A DNA stretch of 64,000 nt from Gekko japonicus (GCF_001447785.1 NW_015172030.1:512856-576855), one strand, 5' to 3'; numbered from the stretch's first letter, positions 25,558-39,359 are shown. Made by a program: numbers and translations. The notes: generated from the letters alone by a model not told the origin.

Positions 25558-27899
25558 GATGAAGCTCTGAAACAGACAACAGGAAAGTCAGCCAGAGTAA
25601 GCAAACGTCAGTATTCCTTTTCCGGGGAAGGGAAGGTGATTAAGAGTAGAAAAATTGTGAGCAGGAACTCAAGCCTTTCTTTGGTGTAGGGCAGTGAGTT
25701 TCAAACTTCTAGGGAAGTCTCAGGTATCCTACACGTTATGGGACCTTGGGGTATCTCCAAGGGAGCCCTTGTCATTGCAGTGCATTATGGGGCAGAAATA
25801 GGCCAGTTTCCCATCTCCCCCTTGTAACAGACTCTCAGCCGCTCTCAACATTATGTGCCTTATTGAGCACACTCAGGTTTTTTCCCCACCTTTAATTTAC
25901 AGCCGTAAAATTTTGTTTTTGAATTAAGTCCATAGAAATCCTGCCCTTCTCTATGAACGGCCTGACTTTTTAGCTTTTGTGATCCGCACAAACTACCCTC
26001 AATCTACTATTAGATATTGCAATTACAGTTAAATTACTGAATTGAGTTTCCCTACTCCTGTCAGGGATTAGTGTCCACGGCCTCTCACCGAACGTTACAG
26101 TTCTCCTCAATTTGGCTCCAGCCAGGATGTCTTGGTCCTTGCCCTCTCCTTTGGAAACTTCCTTAATGTGAAGAAAGGCCTTTTTCCTTCGGAGGTTTGA
26201 AATGAGTAAAACCTTCACTCTGAGTTTTAAAAGTCCCCCCCCCCGGGCAGAGAACAGGCAGGGAGGAGGAAGTCAGTCCATGGCTTTCCCGACTTACCTC
26301 AGCCCACCTTCAGACAAATGCCAATAGGTCGAGAACAGAAAGCTTCAAGGTACTGGAAACCCAGTAGAGATTTGTAACTTACTAAACTGTAGGATCCAAT
26401 TTCAACATTGGATAGGGCATGTATAGAGAGAGGGACAGAGGATTGTGTTTTGCCCATTTCTTTTGAATCCCTTGCTCAGGCTGGTGCTGTGCTAAAAGTA
26501 TACTTGAGAACATTTTATTTTAAATAAATATAACATTTGATGCTGGTAGTGGTTCTCTGAACCACACAGACCTCCCCCGTATTGGACACACTATTTTTAT
26601 AGGCGTGCTGGAGGAAGGAAGGCCATTGGCAAGGGGCTATTCCTCCAAGGGCACGCAAGGCAGTAAACGGTCCCCATGGTGACCAGGCACTGGGCAGCAG
26701 GAGACACAGAGGCAAGGCCTCAGAACTCGGAAAGAAAGCTGAAAGCCCTGACCCTCCCAGTGGGCAGTTCCTTACAAAGGTCAGGTGTTGGCGATGGTTT
26801 ACTGGAGAGAGAGTAAGGCCTCTCCAGGTGTTGGGGGAACCTTGGAAGGCAGGGTGAAATAGGGCCTGCAGGCCGGAGCAGGCCTTGTTCCGCCACACGG
26901 GCATTCCAGCTTGGTCTGGGGAGGCCTCAGATGAACTACTGCTGTTTATATCTCAAAGGGATAAGCTCCTTATTTGCCGCTTCATCTCTTCTCAGGAGGC
27001 TCTGGTGCAGACAAGAGATCTTAATTGGCACCCATCATTACATAATCCAGTTAGGTCTGCAGCACCCCCGTCTCCCTCTTAAAGTGCAGGCAGACTCCTC
27101 TATCACGATCACATCTTTTCTCTCTTCCTCCTCCTTCCCCTTTTTGGGCTGGGGTGTGTGGTTCCCTCTTTATTTATTTATTTATTTATCCTTCGACTTG
27201 ATATACCGCTCTTGGAGCATCGGCTTGGCATGCAGACCGTCCCAGGTTTAATCCCCAGCCTCCCTAGTTAAAAGGAATTAGAGAGTAGATGGCCTGAAAG
27301 ACCTTTGCCTGAGGAGAAGGCTGCCAGCTTTACGCAACAATAATTGCCTCCATAAATCATGAGAGGAGCCTCGGTTTGGCCTATGGCGATGCTATCAATT
27401 AATGACCTCCAAAATGTCCTCTCGTTAACAGCCTAGTTCAGGTCTTGCAAACTGAGGGCCATGGCTTAATTCGAGTCTATCCATCTCCTGTTGGGTCTTC
27501 CCCTTTTCCTGCAGCTTTCAACGTTTCCTAGCGTGATTGTCTTTCCCAGTGACTCTTGTCTTCTCCTAATGCGAGCCTAATGAAAAGACTCGGATGCTTG
27601 TACTATCTTCCGAGTATCACATTCCTGATGATTAGAAGACGTCGCAACACAACCTTGTTTTACACCCACTTATTATTCTCTCCTCCCCTGTATTATCCTC
27701 ACAACAACTCTGTGATGTAAGCTGAGAGAGAGGGTGGCTGGACGTGGCGCGTGGTCGCCACTAAGTTTCACTGCAAATAGGAGATTTGAACGCAAGTTTC
27801 CCCGATCCCAGTCCAAGACATTGAACCATTACACCACACTGGCTCTTGTTAATTAGAACATCTTTGTGGACTGGTTGAAATTTATGGAAGTGCATATGT

Positions 27900-29165
27900 G
27901 GTTAAGAACATAAGAACAAAACAGAAGCCATGTTGGATCAGGCCAATGGCCCATCCAGTCCAACACTCTGTGTCACACAGGGGTCCAGTCCCAGGTGCCA
28001 TCAGGAGGTTCGCCAGTGGGGCCAGAACTTCAGAAGCCCCTCCCACTGTTGCCCCCCAAGCACCAAGAGGACAGAGCATCACTGCCCCAGACTGAGAGTT
28101 CCTATCTTTACCTTGTGGCTAACAGCCACTGATGGACTTCTGCACCCCCTCCCACTGTTGCCCCTCAAGCACCAAGAAGACAGAGCATCACTGCCCCAGA
28201 CGGAAAGTTCCTATCTTTACCTTGTGGCTAACAGCCACTGATGGACTTCTGCTCCCAATGTTTCTTCAATCCCCACTTGAAGCTGTCTAGGCTTGTAGCC
28301 ACAAACCACTTCCTGCAGCAGTGAATTTGACGTGTTAATTACTCTTTGGGTGACAAAGTACTTCCTTTTATCTGTTCTAAACCTACTGCTCATTAATTTC
28401 ATTGAGCGCCCACGAGTTCTTGTATTGTGTGAAAAGTACTTCTTTTATTACCTTCTCTATCCCATGCATAATTTTGTAAACCTCTATCATGTCACCCCTC
28501 AGTCATCGTTTCTCCAAGCTAAAAAGCCCTAACCTCTTTAACCTTTCTTCATCGGGAAAGTGGACCTCCTGATGGCACTGGTATTTCTGGCCACTGTGGG
28601 ATACAGAGTGTTGAACTGGATGGGCCTTTGGCCTGATCCAACATTGGCATCTCTTATGTTCTTAAAGTGTTCCACCCCCTTAGTCATTTTAGTTGCCCTT
28701 TTTCGAATACCACAATATCTTTTTTGAGGTGCAGTGACCAGAACTGTACAGAGTATTTCAGATGCGGCCACATGCACCATCAGTTTCTACTGATTTGTTT
28801 TCCTTTCCCTCCCTAATAATCCCCGGCAAAGCATTTGCCCTTTTTATTGCCGGCACACACTGAGTCAACATTTTCAGTGAGTTATCTACCACACGACTGC
28901 AAGATCTTGCTCCTGGTCAGCCTCTACCAGTTTGGACCCAGTCAACATGCATTTATAGTTAGGATTTTTAGCTTCAATATGCATTACATTGCACTTTCCC
29001 ATTTTGAACTGACGCCCACTCAGCCAGCCTCGACAATTCCCTCTGGAGCACCTCACAATTCTCCCCGGTTCTCACCACCCTGAACAATTTAGTGTCATCT
29101 GCAAACTCAGCCACTTCACTGCTTACTTCCGTCACCAAATCATTAATGAACAAGTTAAAAAGCAC
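27900..29165 (-). mobile_element. CR1 LINE 3' fragments
   Basis: LFNLFINDL...FADDTKL reverse-transcriptase motif; RFRTDKRKYF..QRVIN C-terminus. Confidence 0.8.
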
Positions 29166-30039
29166 TTCTGATCTTCCACAGTCTGGGCAGCCAATAATTT
29201 AGCTTAAATACTTTTATAGGTCTATTTTTTATGGAGTACTGTGTACCAGTGTTCCCTCTAAGCTGAGTTAGTGTGAGCTAGCTCACAGTTTTTTAGCCGC
29301 CAGCTCACACATTTTTGCCTTTGCTCAGGAAGGATGGCTCCAGAGCAGACTATGTATGCAGCCGCCAAATTGCTCGCTCACAACTTTAATGCCAGTAGCA
29401 CACAAAGTAGAATTTTTGCTCGCAAGACTCCACAGCTTAGAGGGAACACTGCTGTGTACCCTCTTAGGTGGGAAAATAGGGGTGCCAGCCTCCAGATGGG
29501 ACCTGGGGATCCCCTGGAATTACAACTCATATCTGGACTACAGAGATCAGTTCCCCTGGAGAAAACGGGTGCTTTCGAGGGTTGACTTTATGGCGTTGCA
29601 TCCCACTGAGGTCTCTGCCCTCCCCAGGCTCCATCTCCAAATCTCCAGGAATCTCCCAACCTGGAGCTAGCAATGCTACCCCCTCTACTGGTGACCAGTG
29701 TGGACTTGGTGATCCTATGGGGAAACCGTAACATAGATGTTTTTTAAATAATCACCGATACGTTATTCTTCTTTTTCACCTCCTTCATATTTATGGCTTC
29801 CATTCCATACAGTAATATTATAACAATTATAATTTACATATAAAAATATTAAATGAGAATTCTAAATAGTATTATTAGCATCTCTGGCTCCTTATAATAC
29901 ACAGAATTATTATGTCTGCCCATCAGTGATACAACCCGGGATTAAATTCTATAGACAGGGAAGATTTCACACATTTCCCCCCAGAGGGGCTGCTTAGCTT
30001 CCCCCTCCCTCTCCCGTTGCCCCGCTGCCACTGACTCAC

Positions 30040-30200
30040 CCCAACAGCCGCTTCCTCCTTCCCAACTTCAGCTAGCTTTCCGCTTTCTCGCTTGGCAGCG
30101 AATAAAAGCCCTCCTCCTCCCCGCTCCTGCCCGCCTCTCTCCATCTTTTCGCCAATCATATTGCTATCTTTCGGGGCGTGCTTAAGGCACGAGCAATTGC
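30040..30200 (-). other. CPTP: Probable non-coding first exon of CPTP (5' end uncertain)
   Basis: Minus-strand G|GTGAGT donor at 30039 next to the CpG-rich promoter. Confidence 0.5.
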
Positions 30201-30384
30201 CCATAGCAGGAGGCGGGGAGAGGGCGGGGAAATGGGTCCGCTTTCCTCATCCTTGTTTGCTATTGGTCTCTGCTTGGAAGAGGCTTCACTTCTTTGTTCC
30301 GCCCTTGCAGTGACGCCTGACCCCTTCGAGCCAATAGAAACTAAGATTCCTCGAGCGGATATCAGCCAATAGGGATACGGGGAT

Positions 30385-31000
30385 NNNNNNNNNNNNNNNN
30401 NNNNNNNNNNNNNNNNNNNNNNNNNNNNNNNNNNNNNNNNNNNNNNNNNNNNNNNNNNNNNNNNNNNNNNNNNNNNNNNNNNNNNNNNNNNNNNNNNNNN
30501 NNNNNNNNNNNNNNNNNNNNNNNNNNNNNNNNNNNNNNNNNNNNNNNNNNNNNNNNNNNNNNNNNNNNNNNNNNNNNNNNNNNNNNNNNNNNNNNNNNNN
30601 NNNNNNNNNNNNNNNNNNNNNNNNNNNNNNNNNNNNNNNNNNNNNNNNNNNNNNNNNNNNNNNNNNNNNNNNNNNNNNNNNNNNNNNNNNNNNNNNNNNN
30701 NNNNNNNNNNNNNNNNNNNNNNNNNNNNNNNNNNNNNNNNNNNNNNNNNNNNNNNNNNNNNNNNNNNNNNNNNNNNNNNNNNNNNNNNNNNNNNNNNNNN
30801 NNNNNNNNNNNNNNNNNNNNNNNNNNNNNNNNNNNNNNNNNNNNNNNNNNNNNNNNNNNNNNNNNNNNNNNNNNNNNNNNNNNNNNNNNNNNNNNNNNNN
30901 NNNNNNNNNNNNNNNNNNNNNNNNNNNNNNNNNNNNNNNNNNNNNNNNNNNNNNNNNNNNNNNNNNNNNNNNNNNNNNNNNNNNNNNNNNNNNNNNNNNN
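30385..31000. other. Assembly gap (616 N)
   Basis: Run of N. Confidence 1.
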
Positions 31001-31059
31001 GGTGTGCGCGTGACGTAGAAAAAGAAACGGTTTCGAACTGCGCATGTGTGCAGGTACGA

Positions 31060-31149
31060 GGTGATGCTCACGCGTGTTAGAGCCGCTCCGGTTGCCGGAA
31101 GCTCCGCGTAAGCATGCCGCGCATGCGCTCGTGGTCTCTTGCTCTGCAG
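31060..31149 (+). other. INTS11: Probable non-coding first exon of INTS11 (start uncertain)
   Basis: CAG|GTAAGA consensus donor at 31149/31150 within the promoter; the ATG exon at 33 kb has its own acceptor. Confidence 0.55.
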
Positions 31150-33093
31150 GTAAGAGGAAGGTGTGGAGCATCCCACCGGAGGCGCTGAGCGAATGGGCTT
31201 GTTGTTGCCATGGAAACAGTATGAGTCTAAGTGGGCCTTTAAGTACCAAAAGGCCTTTTGGGGTTCCTGTCATTGCGTGATTGATAATATCCTTTTGCCG
31301 GGTGGAAAGTAGGGTTGCCACTCCAGGTTGGGTAATACCTGGAGAGTTTGGGGGGTGGAGCCTGAGGAGGGCGGGGTTGGGGGGAGGGACTTCAATGGGG
31401 TATCATGCCACAGAGTCCACCTTCCAAAGGGACCATTTTCTCCAGGTGAACTGATCTCTTTTGCCTGGAGATCAGTTGTAATAGTGGGAGATCTCCAGGC
31501 CCTACCTGAAGGCTGGCAACCTTGGAAACAGTGTTCCCTCTAAGCTGAGTTGGTGTGAGCTAGCTCACAGTTTTTTCGCCTCCGGCTCACGCAGTTTTGT
31601 CTTAGCTCAGGAAGGATGGCTCCAGAGCAAACTAATTTATGCAGTCGCCAAATCGCTTGCTCACAACTTTCATGCGAGTTGCGCACAAAGTGGAATTTTT
31701 GCTCACAAGACTCCACAGCTTAGAGGGAACATTGCTTGGAAAGTGATGGCAGCCATATTAGGGCAACCACGTAGCGTTTTCAAGGTGAGAGACGTTCAGA
31801 GGTTTGCCATCGCCAGCTTTTGTGTAGCGGCTCTAGGCTTCCCTGGTGGACACCCACCCACCTAGATACTGACCAGGGCTGACCCTGCGTAGCTTCCAAA
31901 GATCTGATGCGATTGGGCTAGCTTGGGCCATCCAGGCTAGAGCAATTGATAACGAATAGTGCATTATGACTGACTTGGTCACTTTATTAACTATCAAAAA
32001 TTGCACACCATAATATATCTGTTAATTTGTATCATAAGAACCAAGCTTTTTGCACTGAGGGAGCCACGGAGAGTTTGGGTGTAAATGCATTTGACAGTGA
32101 GTAACTTGAAACTCCGTCTCTGTGCAGCCTGCCCTACCTCAAGGGGTAGTTGTGAAGACAAAAGGTGCTGGATCCTAGAGTACTATAGAGGTATCTCGAT
32201 AAGTAGCCCATATATTGTGTTATGTCGATGATGTAACATGTTTAGGCATAGCTGTCAGTGTGCATGTTTGCTTTGTGGACAGCTGTAAAATAAGAGAGAG
32301 ATTTCTGTCCTGTGGAGCTTACTGTCTGAAGGCTAACAATAATACAGCTCAGGGTAGTATTAGGGGTGGTGCTGCTCCTTAGCTTTTAACAGCTTTGTGC
32401 TTGAAGTCATCAGGTGACTTTCCCAATGAACTGCTTACCTGTCCTGGGGAAAACTGTCTCTGTGGCAATTAAAGACATTGGAACTGTCCAGGAATTAACC
32501 ATAAAATAAGCATGCTATTATTTCAATTGCAGTAAGTGTGTTCTAGAATTGTTCTTCTTAATGGTTTATGTAGGCATTGCTAATAGCTGTTATTTAGTCC
32601 CATCCTGAGCAAGTCTATCTGGAGTCTCACTTGGGTGTGTTCCAGGAAAGTGTTCCTAGTTTCATTCTGGAAGTCCTTTAACTGAGTTGATCATATTAAT
32701 GTTTCCTGTCAATTTTACCTCTAGCTAGCATCTTAACTGCAGATTTCTTACCCCCCCCCCTCCTCCAATTCACAGGATATGACTTTGGCAGATTTTGTCT
32801 GCTTGCAGTTAAAAGAATTTTTTTAAAGGCAGCAGTTGTACTAGAATTGAAAGTGTGACACACAGAGAAATATGTGTCGATCAATGCTCATCACAGACTT
32901 TTTAAAACTGCATGGTTCTCTTTTTCACCCCCCCCCCCCAAAAACAAACTATCCTCTTTATGGACTTCCATTTTTCTTCTCCCTTGCTTTCCTTCAGAAC
33001 ATCTTTTGTATCTGAGCTGCTGATACGTTGACATCTTCATGGGATCTCTGCAACAGCCTCCTTCCCAGCTGAAATTCTGAGACTGCAATAATC

Positions 33094-33121
33094 ATGCCTG
33101 AAATAAAAGTCACTCCCTTGG
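33094..33121 (+). CDS. INTS11: Integrator complex subunit 11 (CPSF3L), coding exon 1
   Basis: MPEIKVTPL(G); G|GTAAG donor. Confidence 0.92.
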
Positions 33122-35367
33122 GTAAGCCACGTGAACATTCGTGCCTGTTTCACGCTCTTTATGTTGGAGACAGGTGGGGGTATGTTCTTGAAAAGTGTGG
33201 TCTTTCATAATAAGAACATAGAATCATAGAATGTTAGAGTTGTAAGGGACCCCTTGCAGGTCATCTAGTCCAGCCCCCTGCACTCTGCAGGAGCATAGCC
33301 GAAAGATAGCCCTACAACATACCCGAAAGATGGTCGTCCAGCCTCCACTTGAAAACGTCCAGTGAAGGAGCATCCTCCACCTCCCGAGGCAGTCTGTTCC
33401 ACTGCTCAACCACTCTTACAGTTAGGACGTTTCTCCAGTCTGTTCCACTGCTCAACCACTCTTGCCGTTAGGAGGTCTCTCCTGGTATATAACCGGTAAT
33501 GACTCCCTTGTAATTTCCACCCATTAGATCTAGTCTTGCAATCCGGAGCAAGAGAGAGAATAGAACTGCTCCATCTTCTACATGACAGCCCATCAAATAC
33601 TTGAAGACGGCAATCATGTCCCCTCTAAGCCTTCTCTTTCCCAGGCTAAACATAAGGAGAGCCCATCCAGTCAGGCATTCTGTCTCACACAGTGGCCATC
33701 CAGCTCTTCTGGAGGGCCTATAACAGGGCATAGGGGCTGAGGCCTTCCCCTGATGTTGCCTCCTGGCTCTGTACAGGGTTCCATCAGCGGCTATTAGCCA
33801 CAAGGTATAGATAGGAACTCTCGGTCTGGGGCAAGGGATGCTCCGTATTCTTGGTGCTTGGGGGGGGGGCAGTTCCGTAGTTCCAGCAGTTCCGTAGAGC
33901 CGTGAAAATGGAGCTGTTTCGCCAAGCGTTCCAATAAGAACTGACTGCACTGGTTGGGTCGCACTAGCACTTCATTATAGGACGCCGCTGTATTTATTTA
34001 GCTTCACTGTATTTATTGAGCGGTCGGGTTAGAATGGATAAAGGGAAGTACTTCTTCACCCAAAGAGTGATTCACACTTGGAATTCACTGCCACAGGAAG
34101 TGGTGGTGGCTACAAACATGGACGGCTTCAAAAGGGAATTAGATAAGCATATGGAGCAGAGGTCCATCAGTGGCTATGAGCCACAAGGTATAGATAGGGA
34201 CTCTGGGGCAAGTGATGCTCTGTCTTCTTGGTGCTTGGGGCGGTCAACAGTGGGAGGGCTTCTAATGTCCTGGCCCCACTGGTGGACCTCCTGATGGCAT
34301 GTGGTATTTTTGGCCATTGTGTGACAGTGTTGGACTGGATGGGCCTTTGGCCTGATCCAACATTGGAATCTCTTATGTTCGTATTGGAATTGTATTTTAT
34401 ATCTCGTAATTGCTGATTTTAAATTGTATGTTGGTTTTAAATTGTTTGTAAGCCGCCCTGAGCCGCTTCGGCGGGAGGGCAGAGTAGAAATTTAATAAAT
34501 AAATGAATAAATAAATAAAGTGGGAGGGCTCCTAGTGTCCTGGCCCCACTGATGGACCTCCTGAGGGCACCCGGTATTTTTGGCCACTGTGTGACACAGA
34601 GTGTTGGACTGGATGGGCCATTGGCCTGATCCCACATTGGCTTCTGTTGTTATGTATGAAAGGCAAATATTCAGACAGCAGCATTCCATAGTACGGATAA
34701 ATGTGTTTAACTTGTTTGACAGGCCCCATTGGGGAAGTAGTATGCTTTTGTCATGTTTCCAGCCACAGTTTATATCATCCCCTCCAATGTTTCACAAATC
34801 AAAATAGGGACGTGCTTGTACACGATTGCCCTCTTTAAGTGTTTGAAAGGCTGTCTCTTAGAGGAAGGCGAGGAGCTGTTCCTGTTGGCAGCAGAGGACA
34901 GGATTTGCAACAATGGCTTTAAATTATGGGAGGAAAAGGTACTGGCTGGATAGCACAAAGAATTTTTTACAGTAAGAGTAGTTTTGCAGTGGAATCGGCT
35001 GCCCAGGGAGGTGGTGAGCACCCCCTCCCTGGCAGTCTTCAAGCAGCGGCTGGACGAACACTGGTCAGGGATGCTCTAGGCTGATCCTGCATTGAGCAGG
35101 GGGTTGGTCTAGATGGCCTGTAGGGTCCCAACTCTGTGATTATGTGATCTGTGTTGCTGGTCTATTCATCCTGCTCTCCTTCCACTGTTGCGTGCCGCCG
35201 AAGGAACTTTGAGATCAGTCCTATTTCTTTTCTCACCAATAGTCCGTCCTGCACTTTTAACAGTCAAGCAGGAGGGAGTCCTTTTCTCTTATCCGAGTGT
35301 ACCTTGAACCAATTTTCTGACTATTGTCCACAGTTCAGGATAAGGTGTGGTGTGAAAAGCAGTATGT

Positions 35368-35890
35368 ACAAAGACAAATATGGTCACAGTCCATAGACAT
35401 GAAAATAGACCCTGTGGCTCTATCTTTTCATGTGGTGTGAAAAGCGGCAAGAGCACGCACTGCATTTCCACATGGGCATGTGTTTATGTGCCAGTGTGCC
35501 AAAAAGAAGGTGTGTTCATTCTCCAGTGCAGAGATTTAAATGGGAAGGAATGTGATCCCTGTCTGTTGGCTGTAGCAACTGACATGAACGAGGGAGGGGC
35601 TGTGGCTCAGTGGAAGAGTGCTTCACAAAGACAAATATGGTCACAGTCCATAGTCATGAAAGTAGACCTGTGGCTCTGTCTTTTCATGTGGTGTGAAAAG
35701 CGGCAGGAGCATGCACTGCATTTCCACAAAACCCTTTCATGGGCATGTGTTTATGTGCCAGTGTGCCAAAAAGAAGGTGTGTTCATTCTCCAGTGCAGAG
35801 ATTTAAATGGGAAGGAATGTGATCCCTGTCTGTTGGCCGTAGCAGCTGACATGAACGAGGGAGGGGCTGTGGCTCAGTGGAAGAGTGCTT
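35368..35890 (+). repeat. Local tandem duplication, ~256-bp period
   Basis: acaaagacaaatatggtcacagtccatag...tggaagagtgcttc occurs twice. Confidence 0.85.
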
Positions 35891-36552
35891 CGTATGCAGA
35901 AGGTCCCAAGTTCAATCCATGGCATCTCCAGTTAAAAAAAGGACCATGCAGAGCCAGTTTGGTGTAGTGGTTAAGTGCGCGGACTCTAATCTGGGAGAAC
36001 CAGGTTTGATTCCCCACTCCTCCACTTGCACCTGCTGATGTGACCTTGGGTCAGTCACAAGCTCTGGCACAGCTGTCCTTGAAAAAGAGCAGTTTCTGTC
36101 AGAGCTCTCTCAGCCCCACCCACCTCACAGGGTGTCTGTTGTGGGGAGGGGAAGGGAGAGGAGTTTGTAAGCTGCTCTGAGACTCCAAGTGAAGGGCGGG
36201 GTATAAATCCGATCTCTTCTTCTTCATTATGTGAAGGACCTCTGCAGTCTGAGTAGATAACACTGACCCTGATGGACCGATGTTCTGGTTCCATTTAAGG
36301 CAGTTTCACGTGTGTTTCTGTGTAAAAATGGACCTTCAGGTGAGGAAAATGCAGAAATCGGGCCAGTGACTTAATAGGGGAAACAACCAAAAACCCTTTT
36401 AGATGGGAACAGATGGAGGATAGGCTATATTGAGATTTGAAGCATATGAGTCAGTTTGAAGGTTACATTTCACACAGTTGAGCATTTCGGAAACAGCGTG
36501 GCAGCCGCATGAGGATTTCAAGCAACTCACTTAATGTTCTTTGACCTTTCAG

Positions 36553-36650
36553 GAGCGGGCCAAGACGTGGGCCGCAGCTGCATCCTGGTGTCCATCGCGG
36601 GGAAGAATGTCATGTTGGACTGCGGGATGCACATGGGTTATAACGACGAT
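36553..36650 (+). CDS. INTS11: INTS11 coding exon 2
   Basis: [32 protein letters not shown]; AG/GT boundaries. Confidence 0.95.
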
Positions 36651-36756
36651 GTAAGTTTGAAGGGGAATAAGAAAAGGGGGTGTTGGTGCAACTGATCTCT
36701 GATGGAAGAGGAAATCCCAACTGGGCCAATGCAACTGCCCCGCTTGTGTCTTCCAG

Positions 36757-36830
36757 AGACGATTTCCCGACTTCTCATATATCACTCAGAACGGAAGGCT
36801 GACCGACTTCCTGGACTGTGTAATCATCAG
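36757..36830 (+). CDS. INTS11: INTS11 coding exon 3
   Basis: [25 protein letters not shown]. Confidence 0.95.
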
Positions 36831-36895
36831 GTGGGTGCATCTCTGTCGATATGTACAATTTCAGTATCATTTACTGCCTGGTAAAAGACCTTCTG

Positions 36896-37135
36896 GAGCT
36901 GCGGTGGCTCAAGTGGTTAAGACGCTGGACTGCAGGCTGTGGAACGTCAGTAGTTCAGCAGTTCGAGACCCGGGTGTGTGCGGCAAGACGGAGTGAGCTC
37001 CCGTCTCTAGTTCCAGCTCCTGCCAACCTCTTCGGACAGCGCTGGCTCTTCGGCTTTGAAACGGAGATGAGCACCGCAACCCTAGAGTCTGATTCGACTG
37101 GCTTTCGAGCAAGGGAACCTTTACCTTTACCTTTA
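36896..37135 (+). mobile_element. Sauria SINE with internal deletion
   Basis: Head and tail present, middle missing; TSD taaaagacctt. Confidence 0.75.
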
Positions 37136-37909
37136 AAAGACCTTATAGGAAATGGATTTGTTGTGACCGGCATCCCATAGAGCAATTAGCTCACTGAACT
37201 GGTATTAGTTGAAGATTTGTGCTTGGTCTCTGTGTACAAGAGAATCCATGAATTCTCTGCCTTGTGTTTCGGACACCCCACCCCCACCCCGAACCTATAG
37301 CCTGTTGAGCTGCAGGGACTTTCCATTTACAAGAAGCACTGTAAGCTGTTGCTGCCAGTGTAATCTATTTAGAGGCATGCCTGCGCTGGAAGAATAGGTT
37401 GGTTTAGGAGGCATGGCTTCTCCCAAACAATTGTGGAAGTTGTAGTTTAATGAAAATTCTCTGTTGGGGGCAACACTAGCCTACAACTCTTAGGAGAGAG
37501 GAATGACAAACTTGGCTTCAAGTTCTCTAGTTCTCTCTTTGTGTGTGGCATGCAGAGCTGGCCATGAAGATCGCTCTTCTCTTGAACACAGAATCTCTAA
37601 AGTGCTTTAAGAGGGTCACTTCCTTGAGGTCTGATTCTTCCATTTGACTTAAGAATTTCCCAAAGGGCCATCACGTCCAGACTTCAGTTTCTAAAAGGGG
37701 CCAGCTGTAATGCTCCAGAAAGCTAGCAAGCAGGGTACAAAAGGCAGCAACTCTCCCCTATTTGCATTCCCCAGCAGCTGGCATTTTGAGGTACACTGCC
37801 TCTGAATGCGGAGGTTCCATTTAGTATCCTGGCCAATAGACCTTGGTATAGTTAACCTTCGGTGATCTCTGTTGCTTTAAAAAAGAAATCTTTACCTGTC
37901 CCTCCCCAG

Positions 37910-38138
37910 TCACTTCCACCTGGACCATTGTGGGGCCCTGCCATATTTCAGCGAGATGGTTGGGTACGACGGGCCCATCTACATGACCCACCCAACCAAG
38001 GCCATCTGCCCCATCCTGCTGGAGGACTACAGGAAAATCACCGTGGACAAGAAAGGAGAGACTAACTTCTTCACCTCTCAGATGATCAAAGACTGTATGA
38101 AGAAAGTGGTGGCCGTCCACCTTCATCAGACGGTCCAG
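37910..38138 (+). CDS. INTS11: INTS11 coding exon 4 (HxHxDH metallo-beta-lactamase motif)
   Basis: [29 protein letters not shown]...HQTVQ. Confidence 0.96.
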
Positions 38139-38555
38139 GTAAGGGAGCCCTGACTCCGACTGGTACTGATCAATGCTCCCTTTAAGCTGTGGGGTCTTGG
38201 GAGCAAAAATTCTACTTTGTGAGCTCACTGGCATTAAAGCTGTGAGTGAGCGATTGGGCTACTGCATAAATTAGTTTGCTCTGGAGCCATCCTTCCCGTG
38301 TGTGTGAGCCGGAGGCTAAAAAAACTGTGAGCTAGCTCACACTCAGCTTAGAGGGAACACTGGCACTGACGTATCTGCCAGCATTACCTTTGACAAGTCA
38401 GGATAACACCAGCTGATCTCAGTGCCTGGCAGTTTCACATGGATGGCCGCGGCCTTTCGAATGCCTTGGTCCTAAGTCATTTAAGACTTCCGTACTTGAC
38501 TTCTCCGGAGACTTGCTGGGACCCCTTCAGCACTCAGTTTGATTTGTCATTGCAG

Positions 38556-38654
38556 GTGGATGATGAGTTGGAGATTAAGGCATACTACGCAGGCCACGTC
38601 CTTGGGGCAGCCATGTTCCAGATCAAAGTCGGCTGTGAGTCTGTGGTTTATACC
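38556..38654 (+). CDS. INTS11: INTS11 coding exon 5
   Basis: [33 protein letters not shown]. Confidence 0.96.
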
Positions 38655-38748
38655 GTAAGTAAGCTGTTGTGTCATTCTAGCAATTTCAATTAAACTGGGC
38701 GTGCCAAATGTTTTGCAATAATTAAGAAAGGTTTCTTTGTTTCATTAG

Positions 38749-38783
38749 GGTGACTATAACATGACTCCAGACAGACACTTGGG
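38749..38783 (+). CDS. INTS11: INTS11 coding exon 6
   Basis: GDYNMTPDRHLG. Confidence 0.93.
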
Positions 38784-39220
38784 GTAAGCATGGGAAGCTC
38801 ATGGACGTGTGTGTGTGTGGTGTCTTAAAATCATCTTCCATCACCACGAGTGTCACACGTGGATCAACACCTCATGGGTCTCTCTGATGTGTTTGTTTAG
38901 ATATTTTTGCTCACCCTTCCATTCCTCATGGTTTGTACTGTTCTGTTCCCTCCTTTTCTCCTTCAAAGAAGCTTCAAGGGGAGATTACAGTGGGAGATTG
39001 CTGAACTTGAGTTCATTCACAAGTTCAGAACAATGGACCCCTGGGGCTGAATAGGGATATTGGATTCTTATCTCACTATAGATGCAAGTTTTCCTCCCCC
39101 TAGCATTTCTCCTCTGTTCTTATCAAGCTGATTACTGTTCTGTGACTGTGACCATCATTTTTGAGCCACATGCCCTGCAGGAATGCCAAGCCTCCTTTGT
39201 TCCTCTCTGTTTGTCTTCAG

Positions 39221-39359
39221 AGCTGCCTGGATTGACAAGTGCCGTCCCGACCTGCTCATCTCGGAGTCCACCTACGCCACGACCATCAGAGATTCCAAAC
39301 GCTGCCGTGAGCGGGACTTCTTGAAGAAGGTCCACGAGACCGTTGAGCGGGGAGGAAAA
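39221..39359 (+). CDS. INTS11: INTS11 coding exon 7
   Basis: [46 protein letters not shown]. Confidence 0.95.

Larger units (their letters stand above)
30100..31150. promoter_or_regulatory. Bidirectional CPTP/INTS11 promoter (CpG-rich)
   Basis: CCAAT boxes (~30152, 30262, 30331, 30366), GC box ~30222, CRE-like TGACGTA 31011, ETS CCGGAAG 31095, NRF1-type GCGCATGCGC 31119; the genes diverge head-to-head. Confidence 0.75.

Noticed and set aside
26298-26386. Extra CPTP 5' UTR exon
   Set aside because: A strong minus-strand donor (GAG|GTAAGT) is present, but the acceptor is weak and there is no transcript evidence, so it is not called.
30286-31321. 296-aa and 319-aa ORFs
   Set aside because: Artefacts of reading through the N gap.
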